48,944 nucleotides of DNA, filler included, from an uncultured virus (IMG/VR IMGVR_UViG_2049941000_000076) (9 parts of one record of this genome joined end to end with filler, not necessarily neighbours in it); one strand, 5' to 3'. Counted from the first letter of the whole stretch, positions 31,856 through 42,600 are shown. Numbers and translations: made by a program. Notes: generated by a model from the sequence alone, not told the origin.

Positions 31856-31910
31856 AAAACCCAGCAAAACCCAAAGAAACCCAACAAAACCCAAAAAACC
31901 GAACGGTTTT
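31856..31910 (+). repeat. 10-bp tandem repeat (AAAACCCAAN-like, about 5 copies)
   Basis: AAAACCCAGC AAAACCCAAA GAAACCCAAC AAAACCCAAA AAACCGAAC. Confidence 0.7.
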
Positions 31911-32019
31911 TGCTTGTGAAACGTGAAATCCAAAATGCAAGTAAATACGCCGTTTTCATTGTTCGCAATGTTTAATATTTTATGATTTTTACCGCCGATT
32001 TCGGCAGAAAGGAGCTACT

Positions 32020-32454
32020 ATGACGATCGAAAAATTTAAACTCTATATCTCAGGTATCGTAGAAAGAGCAAAGCGTGACGGCAGAAAATTCGTGCTCCCC
32101 TATGAATCATCTGCTGTCAATCACGAAACTACGGATTGCATCTCGCTTTGTTCGTCACCTGTTTATGTGAATGGTTCGCCGATTTTCGATGACGGGCTTC
32201 TCAGCACCGAAGAAAAGGATACACAGGAAAAAGTCCTTGCGTGGATCACATTAAAATGCGTTGCTCAGAAATCCGTCAATAAACGGTGGTCATCCTATGG
32301 CTTGAAGCATATTCTCGAAAATGATACCGGCATCTACCTTACCAATAATCAATTCAAAAATGCTATGCTCATTTCCGGTCATTATCCTGAGGACGCATCC
32401 AAACTCAACTGGTATTTCCGCATCTCTGAAAGCGCTTTGCGCAGAAAGGAGTGA
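32020..32454 (+). CDS. Hypothetical protein (SSYGLKH motif)
   Basis: AAGGAG SD and SSYGLKH..E....Y.TN..FK.AM motif. Confidence 0.7.
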   Translation: MTIEKFKLYISGIVERAKRDGRKFVLPYESSAVNHETTDCISLCSSPVYVNGSPIFDDGLLSTEEKDTQEKVLAWITLKCVAQKSVNKRWSSYGLKHILENDTGIYLTNNQFKNAMLISGHYPEDASKLNWYFRISESALRRKE

Positions 32455-33041
32455 TTTTTATGCCTCGTAAACCTATGACCAAACAGGAAGCCGAAGCCGC
32501 TGCTATCGCTCTCGCGGAAAAAGAATCCCGCAAGGTTCGTAAACGCCCTGACAGCACAGTACAGGCTGAACCCGGCGATAATACCCGCTTCACTCAGCAT
32601 ACCATGAACATCATGCTTCTGAACCCCGTCAGCCTCGATGACGCTTCTCAGGTCAAACAGCGCATCATGGAGTATTTCGATATATGCCAGAAAGACGATA
32701 TGAAGCCCGGTGTCGCTGACTTCGCTTTCGCTCTCGGTATCTCCCGTCAGGAACTTTGGAATATCGTTAATGGGAAGAGAGTTAAACCACAAGAAGTGAT
32801 TGACTTGCTAAAAAGAACATACTATGCTCTGAACGCTCAGCTTGAAAACTACGCATCGAATGGAAAAGTCAACCCAGTTACTTTTATATTCTTGGCAAAA
32901 AACCATTTTTCCTATCAGGATAAGCAGGAAATTGAAGTCAGCGCGAATCAGTCCGATGCAGAAAGCCCCGATCAACTCGCGGCAAAGTATGCTGATGCAG
33001 TCGCGGTGGATTTCAGCGAGAGCGACGGCGCAGAAAGCTGA
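32451..33041 (+). CDS. Terminase small subunit
   Basis: I.EYF..C.....P.V...A.ALG.SR..L..IFLAKN.F.Y.DKQEIE pattern of DNA-packaging small subunits. Confidence 0.78.
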   Translation: MIFMPRKPMTKQEAEAAAIALAEKESRKVRKRPDSTVQAEPGDNTRFTQHTMNIMLLNPVSLDDASQVKQRIMEYFDICQKDDMKPGVADFAFALGISRQELWNIVNGKRVKPQEVIDLLKRTYYALNAQLENYASNGKVNPVTFIFLAKNHFSYQDKQEIEVSANQSDAESPDQLAAKYADAVAVDFSESDGAES

Positions 33042-33310
33042 AAAAATCCGGTCAGAAAGTGCGCAGAAAGTGCGGCAGTATGCAATTACAGCCTGTATAA
33101 ACTGAGCAGAAACANNNNNNNNNNTGAATAACGCAAGATAAAATATACAAATCCAGAAAAAGCAAGCAAGTGCTGTAAAATCATGCTGTTGCGCTTCTTC
33201 ACCAAATAAGTTATTTGGCGCAATTCGTTTCAGAAAGCGCAGAAATTCAAAGCAAAAACTGATAAAACGATTTCGGCACAAAAAATCGAAATCGCAGAAA
33301 GCGCAGAAAG
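33031..33310 (+). repeat. Cluster of nine CAGAAA direct repeats at the end of terS
   Basis: Copies at 33031, 33053, 33064, 33107, 33154, 33231, 33240, 33295 and 33304. Confidence 0.65.
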
Positions 33311-33950
33311 CCGGTCGGAGTGCATGAGCTGCTCCGGTCGGCTTGTCTGTTTGTGGGGGAGTGTAAAAGGGGAGTGCGGGCGAATAACGGAAGTATAGGG
33401 CGGTTTAATAGTGGCAGAGCTGCTCCCCTGCTCCCCTTCTGCGGCCTGGTGGTGATCGGCGCTTGATCTCTGCCGGGACCATAGCGGCGGCACTGCCTGC
33501 CGGCGCTATCTGCCGGTGCTGATACCGTGATACCGTCCGCACGTTGTCGGCATCCTCTGCAACTGTTGGCGGCGGTCTGGATGTGGTCACAGTGTCGGCA
33601 TCTTCTGCCGGTTCTGCGCTTCATCTTCTGCCGGTTTTGGCTCTCCGGTTCCGGAATCGCTTCTGACGGGTCAAACAAGCTCTTTGCGGGGAGTTTGTGC
33701 TGTAGGTGGTGTCGGTATACCCTGCACCATAAGCCCGCCTTAAATCGCATTTTAGAGCGTTTCACGGCTTTGGAGCAGCTCAGCGCGACGGCATGCGGGC
33801 ATAAAAATAGCCGCACTGCGTCGTATAGGCGCATAGCGGCGTTTTGCGGTGGTATCTGGTATCTGTATGCTGTCGGCATCTCCGGNNNNNNNNNNNNNNN
33901 NNNNNNNNNNNNNNNNNNNNNNNNNNNNNNNNNNNNNNNNNNNNNNNNNN

Positions 33951-34118
33951 TTGTTTGAATTTGTCCTCCGAAAATGCACCGGCATACTGCACGGGGCCGC
34001 TGTAGTCATATTTTGCGCGTGCTGCTTCTGCGTGCTCGCGGCTATCAAAATACATTGTTACGGGACCATTCCAGCCGATGCCGTTTGCAGTAAATGCCCA
34101 TACCTTAATCTTTTTCAT
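33951..34118 (-). CDS. Hypothetical protein (3' truncated)
   Basis: AGGAGG SD, MKKIKVWAFTANG..., downstream of a consensus promoter. Confidence 0.6.
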
Positions 34119-34176
34119 TTTCTTTCCCTCCTGTTGCTTTTTCCAGCGGCGCACATGCCGCCGAATCATCATCTTG

Positions 34177-34205
34177 ATTATACCGCATTTTGTCGGCGCG
34201 GTCAA
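34177..34205 (-). promoter_or_regulatory. Leftward sigma-A-type promoter
   Basis: Minus strand TTGACC -17 bp- TATAAT. Confidence 0.7.
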
Positions 34206-34347
34206 TGTCTGATTGTGTCCAGTTTGCGCGGATTCTGTCGGCGACTGCGCGAATGTCTGCAAGTCCTGCCGGAGCAGGTCGCTTGCTTTGCCATAGTCGC
34301 CGGAATCAATCGCGGCGGATATCGCTAGTTGCTGTGCGCGGTATAGG

Positions 34348-34671
34348 TTAGTGTTCATGGTGCCACGCTCCTTTCCCGGTCACACATGGCGCATGTTGCG
34401 GATAATAGAGATAATCCAGATAATCCGCAGGCTGTGCCGTTCCTGTTCTGAGCGCTTCGTATACCGTCCGCGCCGCGTCTGCTGTCGGGAATGTGAACGC
34501 ACAGCGGAAAAGCTGTCCGGATTTCGGCGCGAACGCTCCCGGCAAGGTGTAGCGGCTGACCATGTACACGGCGACCGTGTGCGGGTTCATCAAGTCGGGG
34601 TATGTCGGTATCCAGTTTTCAAGCTGAATGCTGTCCCCGTTCGGCATTGTGCCGCGCTTCTCGATCTTCAT
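34348..34671 (-). CDS. Hypothetical protein
   Basis: AAAGGGG SD, MKIEKRGTMPNG..QLENW. Confidence 0.6.
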   Translation of the reverse strand: MKIEKRGTMPNGDSIQLENWIPTYPDLMNPHTVAVYMVSRYTLPGAFAPKSGQLFRCAFTFPTADAARTVYEALRTGTAQPADYLDYLYYPQHAPCVTGKGAWHHEH

Positions 34672-34672
34672 A

Positions 34673-34903
34673 TTATTGCGCCCCTTTCGTTTTGTAGATA
34701 CAACCGGAATAATGCTTTTTTGTTTCTCCGCTGCATTCTGTCGCGCAGTTGTCGCACATCGAATTGCAACGCTTGCAAAGTGCTTCACCGTTTTCCACAT
34801 CGAAGCCGCCGAAACGATCAACGCAAGCGGCTTCTGCATCTTCGCGGGATTCTGCGCAGATTCTGCGCAAATCGCCTTGAACACTGAATTGATACGCTTT
34901 CAT
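34673..34903 (-). CDS. Small Cys-rich hypothetical protein
   Basis: AAGGAGG SD, MKAYQFSV..C..C...C..C...C. Confidence 0.6.
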   Translation of the reverse strand: MKAYQFSVQGDLRRICAESREDAEAACVDRFGGFDVENGEALCKRCNSMCDNCATECSGETKKHYSGCIYKTKGAQ

Positions 34904-34997
34904 GTTCTTTCCCTCCTTAATCATCAAGGTATTTCACACCCATCCTGTTTTGAATTCCTGCCGCAGTCCGTGCCGCTGCGGCTCGGCGTTCTGTTGG

Positions 34998-35374
34998 TTA
35001 TCCGTACCAACTTTCATAGCACTTTTCTGTGCTGTTTCTGCAAATGTAAGCATTTGCGAAGCTGGACAGATTGAATTGAATGTCGCTGTTGTCTTTCGCG
35101 TAGGATTTCAGTCGCTTGATGTCGCCGCGCTCCTGATCTTTGATGAAAACGCTGTGAGGGGCAGGCGGCAGAATGTCGCGGCTGATCTTGTACGTTCTGT
35201 CCGCGCTCATCGGAGAAACCGCGCTCTCGTCTACCATATGCGGGTAAACCTCGCGCACTCTTACGGACAATTCGCCGACCAACTCGACAACCTGAAAGAA
35301 ATCTGTCTGTGTCTGGTCATAGCCCCAAGATGCGCTGAAAATGTCACCGACCTGAACGCCAAATTTATTTTTCT
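34998..35374 (-). CDS. Hypothetical protein, C-terminal fragment
   Basis: Open frame on the island strand ending ..CYESWYG*. Confidence 0.5.
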
Positions 35375-35744
35375 NNNNNNNNNNNNNNNNNNNNNNNNNN
35401 NNNNNNNNNNNNNNNNNNNNNNNNNNNNNNNNNNNNNNNNNNNNNNNNNNNNNNNNNNNNNNNNNNNNNNNNNNNNNNNNNNNNNNNNNNNNNNNNNNNN
35501 NNNNNNNNNNNNNNNNNNNNNNNNNNNNNNNNNNNNNNNNNNNNNNNNNNNNNNNNNNNNNNNNNNNNNNNNNNNNNNNNNNNNNNNNNNNNNNNNNNNN
35601 NNNNNNNNNNNNNNNNNNNNNNNNNNNNNNNNNNNNNNNNNNNNNNNNNNNNNNNNNNNNNNNNNNNNNNNNNNNNNNNNNNNNNNNNNNNNNNNNNNNN
35701 NNNNNNNNNNNNNNNNNNNNNNNNNNNNNNNNNNNNNNNNNNNN

Positions 35745-36224
35745 TCGCTGTTTTCGCGGATTTCGTAGGCGATGCCGTCCGGCGTTGCCTGCTCTGCCGT
35801 TTCACCGTCCGCCGCTTCTGCGGGTTCGGTTTCGGGCTGCTCCGGTTCTTCCGGTAGATTCATAAGGGCTTCTGCGGTCTGGTTGATGTGGCACATGTGC
35901 ATTTTGCCGTCAAGCGTCAAGCCGAGATTGCAGGACATTTCCCAGTCCCAGCCGATTTCCTGTGCCCACTTCACGACCTCCGGCGACAGTCTGCCGTCGT
36001 GCTCGTGAGCATTGACAGCCGATGCGATAATCACGCAGGCAGCTTCTTTGCCGATTGCCTGCACGATTTCCCGCGATGCCTGTTCCGGTGTGCCGCCGCC
36101 GAAACGGTGCTTCTGTACGATCTCACACAGCGTTTCCGCGTCCTGTGCGATCTGTGCGCGGTATCCTCTCCATGCGGTGAGGTTGTCCGCGTAGGTCTGC
36201 TTCATGTATTCACGGTTCATCATG
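35745..36224 (-). CDS. DUF3849-like protein (3' truncated)
   Basis: GGGAGGG SD. IIASAV....DGRLS....WA..H..HI motif resembling DUF3849 of mobile elements. Confidence 0.5.
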
Positions 36225-36414
36225 GTGATTCCCTCCCTGCTTTCGCCTGTTCTGATTTGGATTGATTCAATCCGGCTTGATTCAGCCCGATCTTTTCCGG
36301 CACATTGTACGCGGTGCCGGTACGCTGGTTTCGGTCTGCACTCTTGTGTAGTGCCTCGGTGTGTTAGGTGCTCCGCTCGTGAAACTGTACGCGGTTCACG
36401 GCTCCGCTTGCGGA

Positions 36415-36711
36415 TCAAAAATCAGCGTATTCGCCGCCGTTTCTGTAATGCATGATAGCATCTCCGCCGCAGTCGGTGTATGCGTCGAGTGCTCGCACGA
36501 TGTCGCACACTCGCGCTGCATAGTGCTCGACCTCGTCAAGGAATGTGCCGTCCGGAGCCGTGAGCATGTCGCAGTCGATGAACAGCTTGCCGCAGTCGCC
36601 GAGGATAGCAGCGAGGTTGATTCGGTCAACCGTTGTGTTGTGCTCGTTGGCTTCGCGCTCGATGTGCTCCCAGTGTGCGCTGCCCGCGCGGATGATAGAT
36701 AATGCTGTCAT
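36415..36711 (-). CDS. Hypothetical protein, first gene of the leftward island operon
   Basis: AAGGAGG SD, with minus-strand TGGTATAAT at 36771-36779 upstream. Confidence 0.65.
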   Translation of the reverse strand: MTALSIIRAGSAHWEHIEREANEHNTTVDRINLAAILGDCGKLFIDCDMLTAPDGTFLDEVEHYAARVCDIVRALDAYTDCGGDAIMHYRNGGEYADF

Positions 36712-37061
36712 TTTCGCCGCCTCCTTTGTGGCTTTGTACTTTCGGCTCGGCCTCCCTTGCCTGTGATTGTATTATACCACGGTTCAGATAATAAAACAAT
36801 GTCATATTGTCGCCTGTTTATGTCTTATTATCACATCATGCCGCTGATCTATGTTACATCGTGCCATACCGTCCGGACGTTCTGAGCCGCTCCCGTTTCC
36901 AGCGCTTGCAATGTGCGTAGGAGCCGCGCACAGGCGCTGTGCGGCGTTCTATGCGTTTCCCGGCATAGTTGCACCTTGCACAGTTTCGGCGCTCCGTGCG
37001 CTTCTGGACGGTTTGCGCTGTCGGTTTGTAGCTATGTCGGCACGATCTCCGGCACGGTGCC

Positions 37062-37098
37062 CCGATGAGGTCGAGCCGATGAGGTCGAGCCGATGAGG
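37062..37098 (+). repeat. 14-bp tandem repeat (2.6 copies)
   Basis: CCGATGAGGTCGAG CCGATGAGGTCGAG CCGATGAGG. Confidence 0.75.
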
Positions 37099-37191
37099 CA
37101 CCCGCGGGGATATAGGCAACGGGGATAAGGTATAGTTTAACCCTCTCCGCACCCGCAAAAATAAAAAGCCGCGAAAAAATAAAAAAGGGGC

Positions 37192-37233
37192 TTGACAAAT
37201 TATCTGTAATGTGGTATACTACGGTTAAGATAA
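37192..37233 (+). promoter_or_regulatory. Rightward promoter with a putative operator
   Basis: TTGACA (37192) -17 bp- TGnTATACT (37215). TATACTACGGTTAAGATAA matches 36773-36791 at 17/19. Confidence 0.7.
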
Positions 37234-37269
37234 CATTCGGATTAAAAGCATGAAAAGGAGTGAGCGAGG

Positions 37270-37692
37270 ATGAATGACAAGCAGATAATCAGGGCAGCAA
37301 TAAAGCGAAAGGGAGAAAGTCAAGCTGGATTGGCGACAAAGATAGGGTACAAGAACAAGACGAGTATAGCGACGATGCTAAGCAGACCGACAGAGTTAAG
37401 GCTTGGAGTGATCTTCAAGATGCTGGATGCTCTTGGGTATGACATTGTTGTGAGGTCAAGAGACACGCGGGATGAAATGGAATTTGTGTTTGCCGACAAT
37501 GAAGATGCAATAGAAACAGTGACATACATACCGGAAGCGCATGAATGCGTAATGGTTCAGCCTGTAGAGCTTGACAAGAAGCTGAGCGGCGGGATAGTTC
37601 CGTTACCGAAGAGCTTCACATCCGACCATGTGCGAGATGCGCGGCTGAGCGATTTAATGGCAGAGGGCGGCGAAGTGACCGCTGAGGAATAA
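37270..37692 (+). CDS. XRE-family HTH regulator
   Basis: SQAGLATKIGY..SIATML..LDALGYDIVV. Confidence 0.75.
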   Translation: MNDKQIIRAAIKRKGESQAGLATKIGYKNKTSIATMLSRPTELRLGVIFKMLDALGYDIVVRSRDTRDEMEFVFADNEDAIETVTYIPEAHECVMVQPVELDKKLSGGIVPLPKSFTSDHVRDARLSDLMAEGGEVTAEE

Positions 37693-37722
37693 AAGGCGAC
37701 TGAGCGAAAGGGGTGTATTAAC

Positions 37723-37965
37723 ATGGCAGAGAAGCAACTGAGGTGTCCGAAGTGCAAGAAGTATCACATCAACGTGCAGGCGGTATTTGACGTACAGCCG
37801 GAGAAGAAAAGCAAGGGGTGCATATACTGGCTGCTATTTTGGTGGCTAGAGATTGTGATTTTGCCATTAAAGCTGCTGTTTGGCGGTAGCAAGGGCTATG
37901 CAGCAGGCACCCGGACGTATGCGGTATGTCAGGATTGCGGATACAAGTGGGAGGTAAAGAAGTGA
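37723..37965 (+). CDS. Zn-ribbon membrane protein
   Basis: CPKC - hydrophobic helix - CQDCGYKW. Confidence 0.7.
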   Translation: MAEKQLRCPKCKKYHINVQAVFDVQPEKKSKGCIYWLLFWWLEIVILPLKLLFGGSKGYAAGTRTYAVCQDCGYKWEVKK

Positions 37966-38081
37966 AAAATGAATAGGGCATTGCGATGTGTGCGATGCTA
38001 ACAGCCGAGGTGTGGCTATTGTGGTGCTTTGTGGCACTGTGATAGCTGCACCTCTTTTTTTGCGCTGCTATATGATGAAAC

Positions 38082-39721
38082 GTGCAAAAACATGATGGAA
38101 AGGAGCGAAAAGCGGTGGCGTATGATCTGAGGGCGATATTGGCGGCAGTAAAAGCGGAAGTGAAGAAGCACCCGTATGATGCAAGCAAATATCAAGATTG
38201 GTGGAGCTGTATAATTGGGCTGTGCAAGCAGACAGACAGGGCAGACACGAATCAGGAGTATCATTTTGCGCATGCAGAGAATCGTGAGCTGATGCTGACG
38301 GCGCAAGACATGATAAAGCGTTCACGCGCTCCGGAGCAAAAGGGCAAATTCTATGAGATATACAAGAAGTGCCTGCGGTTTGATGCGGTTGATCGGTTTG
38401 ACAGCTTTCTGCTGTATTTGGAGCTTGACAGACCGATTCCGGAGCGATTCTACATGGTCCGGCGCAAGGTGCTGAAACGTGTGGTAGATGCGCTTCAAAA
38501 GCTTGAAAATGATGAACTGGACGAATTGTATCTTTCGATGCCGCCGCGTGTAGGAAAGACAACGCTGTGCCTGTTCTTCTCGATCTGGATAATGGGGCGA
38601 GATTCGGAGCGTTCAAATCTGTACTGCTCGTATTCTGACATAATCACAGCGGCGTTTTATAATGGCGTTCTGGAAATCCTAACTGACAAAGTGACATACA
38701 AATTCAGCGATATTTTCCCGGATTGCGATATTAAATGCACGAATGCAAAGGAAGAATACATCGACTTGCAACGGAAGAAGCGGTATCACTCGTTCACAAT
38801 GCGCTCACTGTACGGAACTTTGAACGGTGCAACTGATGCAAGCGGCTACATTCTCGCGGATGATCTTATCAGTGGCATTGAAGAAGCGCTGAACAAAGAC
38901 CGCATGATTTCGGCATGGAGCAAGGTGTCAAACAATCTGCTTACTCGTGCAAAGGAACATGCAAAGCTGTTGTTTATCGGAACGCGCTGGTCTATTGTTG
39001 ACCCTATCGGAGTGCGCCGCGAGATGCTTGAAAACGATGAAGCGTTCAAGAATGTTAGATATGAGGTCATTGACCTTCCTGCCGTGGATGAAAACGGAAA
39101 TTCCAATTTCGATTACGATTATGGCAAGGGATTCAGATCGGAAGAGCGGTTCAGCAGGAATGCCGAGACCGACGTCGTATGNNNNNNNNNNCATGCAGAA
39201 GCCGGTAGAGCGCACAGGAAGTCTGTTTGAGCCTGATTCTCTGCGGTATTATAACGGCGAATTGCCGCCTGAGATGCCGGATGCTGTATGGAGCGTAACA
39301 GATCCGTCATACGGTGGCGGTGACTATGTTGCAAAGCCTATTCTTTACATTTACGGCAATGACATTTTCGTTCATGACGTTGTTTTCAGCAATCTGGACA
39401 AGAAAAACACAATCCCGATATGTGTACAGAAGATTATGCAGCATCATGTTACGCGGGAACAGGTGGAAGGCACAAAGTCAACACAAAGCTATGCGGATGA
39501 CCTTTCCAAAGCACTGAAAGATGCGGGGTATTCACTTGTTGTCACATCAAAACCGGCAAGCACAAAGCAAGCGAAGCAAGACAGGATCACAAACCGCGCT
39601 CCTGACATAAAGGACAGTTTCATTTTCCGTTCGTCCGGAAACAGGTCAAAAGAGTATCAGGCGTTCATGGAGCAAGTGTTTGCATTCAAGATTATAGGCA
39701 AAAATGTGCACGATGATGCTC
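38082..39721 (+). CDS. Terminase large subunit (gapped)
   Basis: SMPPRVGKT (Walker A), ILADDL (Walker B), GTRW, then nuclease-domain DPSYGGGD and HDDA. Confidence 0.92.
39135..39181 (+). other. Illumina paired-end adapter remnant (artefact)
   Basis: AGATCGGAAGAGCGGTTCAGCAGGAATGCCGAGACCG at a contig end. Confidence 0.95.
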
Positions 39722-39892
39722 NNNNNNNNNNNNNNNNNNNNNNNNNNNNNNNNNNNNNNNNNNNNNNNNNNNNNNNNNNNNNNNNNNNNGGTAGAAGTAT
39801 TCAAGCGCATATTCTGAATTTTGCACAAAGACGAATTGCATATAATTTTCAGTGAAAATTCTATATAATTCTCCGTATTCGTTGAATATTTA

Positions 39893-39921
39893 TTGACAGC
39901 GCGAACAAAACGCAGTATGAT
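39893..39921 (+). promoter_or_regulatory. Promoter upstream of the portal gene
   Basis: TTGACA -17 bp- TATGAT. Palindrome AATTTTCAGTGAAAATT at 39844-39860 upstream. Confidence 0.6.
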
Positions 39922-39963
39922 TGTATATGGATAACCATACAAACGATTCAGGAGGTGAATTGA

Positions 39964-40404
39964 ATGAGCGTACAGCCGGAAAGACTTTTCGGGCGGCGCG
40001 TGATTTACTATGATGATGTGGAAATCACCCGCGAAAATGTGTGTGATGTGCTGACGAAAGCTCTGACGATTCACCGTGTAAACGCTGCGGATATAAAGAA
40101 ACTTAACCGGATATTCCGTGGAAATCAGGCGATTCTTGGCAAGGTCAAGGACATTCGCCCTGAGATCAATAACAAGATCGTGACAAACTTTGCGAATCAG
40201 ATTGTCACGTTCAAAACAGGTTATCTTCTCGGCAAACCGATTCAGTATGTAAGCCGTGGTGAGCGCACAACGGAGCTTTCAGACACGGTATCGGCTGAGA
40301 TCGACACACTGAACCGATATGCAAGCGACTGCGACAAAGCTGCGCGGGATGTTGAGCTTGCTGAGTGGTTTCATATCTGCGGCACATCATTCCGCATGAT
40401 TATG
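39964..40404 (+). CDS. Portal protein (SPP1 gp6-like), N-terminal fragment
   Basis: NNKIVTNFA..IV.FKTGYLLGKPIQY. Confidence 0.9.
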
Positions 40405-40561
40405 NNNNNNNNNNNNNNNNNNNNNNNNNNNNNNNNNNNNNNNNNNNNTTAATTAATTAANNNNNNNNNNNNNNNNNNNNNNNNNNNNNNNNNNNNNNNN
40501 NNNNGAGCAGGCAAAGAAAGCCCAGAGTATTCTCGATCAATACACAAGGAGGTAATGAAAA

Positions 40562-40663
40562 ATGCGCTTTACAGAAAGCCCGGTCACTGTAACGAAAGAA
40601 ATTCTTTACAATGACCATTATGTCGCAATCCCGTATGATCTGACTGATCTTTCTTCGCTTTCG
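40562..40663 (+). CDS. Head decoration protein, N-terminal fragment (displaced; belongs between 43217 and 43327)
   Basis: Preceded by a scaffold-like end (EQAKKAQSILDQYTRR*) and an AGGAGG SD. The join is inferred. Confidence 0.55.
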
Positions 40664-40673
40664 NNNNNNNNNN

Positions 40674-41635
40674 AGGAAAGCCCGTTTAGCATTTACACGC
40701 TTGACCCGCGATATACATTCGTTGTATACAGCAATGAGGTCGGGAACAAGCCTATTCTCGGCGTGAATTCCGTGAAAAAGGCTGACGGCACAGTGATTTA
40801 TAATTGCTGGACGCAAAACCGTCTTTTCAAGATCAAGAATCCTGTCGGTAGCATTTCCTCTATCATTGAGGGAAGTGAACATTTTTACGGCAGAGTTCCG
40901 ATTATTGAATATCCGGCAAATAATGCGCGGCTCGGAGCGTTTGAAATTGTCCTTTCGCTTCTGGATGCAATCAATGCGGCATTCAGTGACCTTGCAGACG
41001 GCAGAGAGCAGTTCATCAATTCGCTTCTTGTTATCAAGGGAGCGGACATTACGGATGAGCAGTTTGCGACTATGCGTGAGCTTGGCGGAATTAAAGTACC
41101 TTCTGACGGCGATGTGCAGTATCTTGTTTCTGAACTGAATCAGGCGCAAAACGGCGAAACAATCAACCTCATGATTGATACTATGTTGGAGATTGTTGGA
41201 ATGCCGAAACGGTCAGGCGGAAACGGCGGCACTTCTGACAATGGAATTGCGATTATTCTGCGCGATGGTTACAGTGACGCTGAATCAAGGGCGGCAGACA
41301 CGGAGCGGATTTTCAAGAAGTCTGAGAATGAATTCCTGAGAATTGCGCTGAGGATATGCAATGCTATGCGTGGGATGCAGTTACAGCTTGCTTCTGTTGA
41401 ACCGCACTTCACGCGGCAGAATACAGATAATCTGCAATCTAAGGTTCAGGCGCTGACAATGATGCTTGCAAGCGACAAGATTCATCCTCGGCTTGCGTGG
41501 CAGCTTTCGACGCTTGTTTCTGACCCTGAGAGCGCATACACAATTTCTCAGGAATATGAACAGTCGCGTATTGCGCAGGAGGAGCAGCTACTTGCTGAAT
41601 CTTCTGATGATGATCCGGACGGTGATGCAGAGTGA
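40674..41635 (+). CDS. Portal protein, C-terminal fragment
   Basis: LDPR.TFVVY, G.VPIIEY.NN..R.G.FE.V..L.DA.N...SD motifs. Confidence 0.9.
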
Positions 41636-42216
41636 AGTTTTACTCTTACACCGACAAAGCGCTGAAATATCTGCGCCGGTTCTATATTCGTGAATTCAAT
41701 AACGCGAAAATGCAGATTCGTGCTGATTCGCTGAATGTTATCAATGTTTCACGCCGATTGTATGATACCATTGCGAAAGAGACTGAGCGTGTGCTCAGGC
41801 TCATAGCAAAGGAAAAGTACAAGGAAATCAGCGGGAAAGACTTTCTTGTCAGCATGTGGCTATCCGGAATCTTGGATGAAAGCAATGAGCTAACAGGATA
41901 TATCTGGCGAAACGATATAGACCGCAAACGCGCATACTTTGCTGAATCGGTATTGTCCGGCGAACAGCTTGACAAAGCGGTGAAAAAGGCGCTGAAATAC
42001 TGGTATAATCAGCAAAAGCAATATGCCGACATCGTGACGGATGAGGCGGCACTGAAAGCATACACAGACACAAACACACAGTTCGTCCGCTGGATTACGC
42101 AAGAGGATGAAAAAGTGTGCGCTGTCTGCAATAGTCGTGACGGTAAGATTTATCCGATAAAATATGCACCGCGAAAACCGCATTACAACTGCCGGTGCTA
42201 TCTTGTGAGGGCGTGA
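41632..42216 (+). CDS. Minor head protein (SPP1 gp7/Mu F-like)
   Basis: W....DE.VC.VC...DG.IY.....P.HYNCRC. Confidence 0.85.
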   Translation: MKFYSYTDKALKYLRRFYIREFNNAKMQIRADSLNVINVSRRLYDTIAKETERVLRLIAKEKYKEISGKDFLVSMWLSGILDESNELTGYIWRNDIDRKRAYFAESVLSGEQLDKAVKKALKYWYNQQKQYADIVTDEAALKAYTDTNTQFVRWITQEDEKVCAVCNSRDGKIYPIKYAPRKPHYNCRCYLVRA

Positions 42217-42220
42217 AGAT

Positions 42221-42412
42221 ATGGGCGAACAGCTTACAATCCCACTGAATGTGCAGCGGCACATCATGACACAGCTTATGTGTGGAAATGACGTTGAGAT
42301 TCGGCTTGCAGACGGTGAGTTCCGTGTCATTGCTCTGCGGAAAAAGAGTACATCCTTCCCATATCGTGAACAGCCTTCCGCAAATGTCCGCGAAATCAGG
42401 CGGCATAAATAA
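42221..42412 (+). CDS. Hypothetical protein
   Basis: Short in-operon ORF with G.DVEIR motif. Confidence 0.5.
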   Translation: MGEQLTIPLNVQRHIMTQLMCGNDVEIRLADGEFRVIALRKKSTSFPYREQPSANVREIRRHK

Positions 42413-42526
42413 CGGTTCTTCTTGACAACTGAATAGGCATTTACGAAGTGTGTAAATGCAACAGCCGGGGCGTGGCTATAGATTGAGACAAAGTATCTCC
42501 TTCTGTAGTCACGCCTTTTTATTTAC

Positions 42527-42600
42527 CCTCAATTAGCTCAATCGGTTAGAGCAACTGTCTTATATACAGCGGGTTCTGGGTTCGATCCCTAGATTGAGGA
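42527..42600 (+). tRNA. tRNA-Ile (anticodon UAU)
   Basis: Cloverleaf: acceptor CCTCAAT/ATTGAGG, D stem GCTC/GAGC, anticodon loop CT-TAT-AT (42559-42565), T arm CTGGG-TTCGATC-CCTAG, discriminator A. CCA is not encoded. Confidence 0.88.

Noticed and set aside
39135..39181. Apparent insertion/frameshift in terL (possible intron or intein)
   Set aside because: It is Illumina adapter sequence at a contig end.
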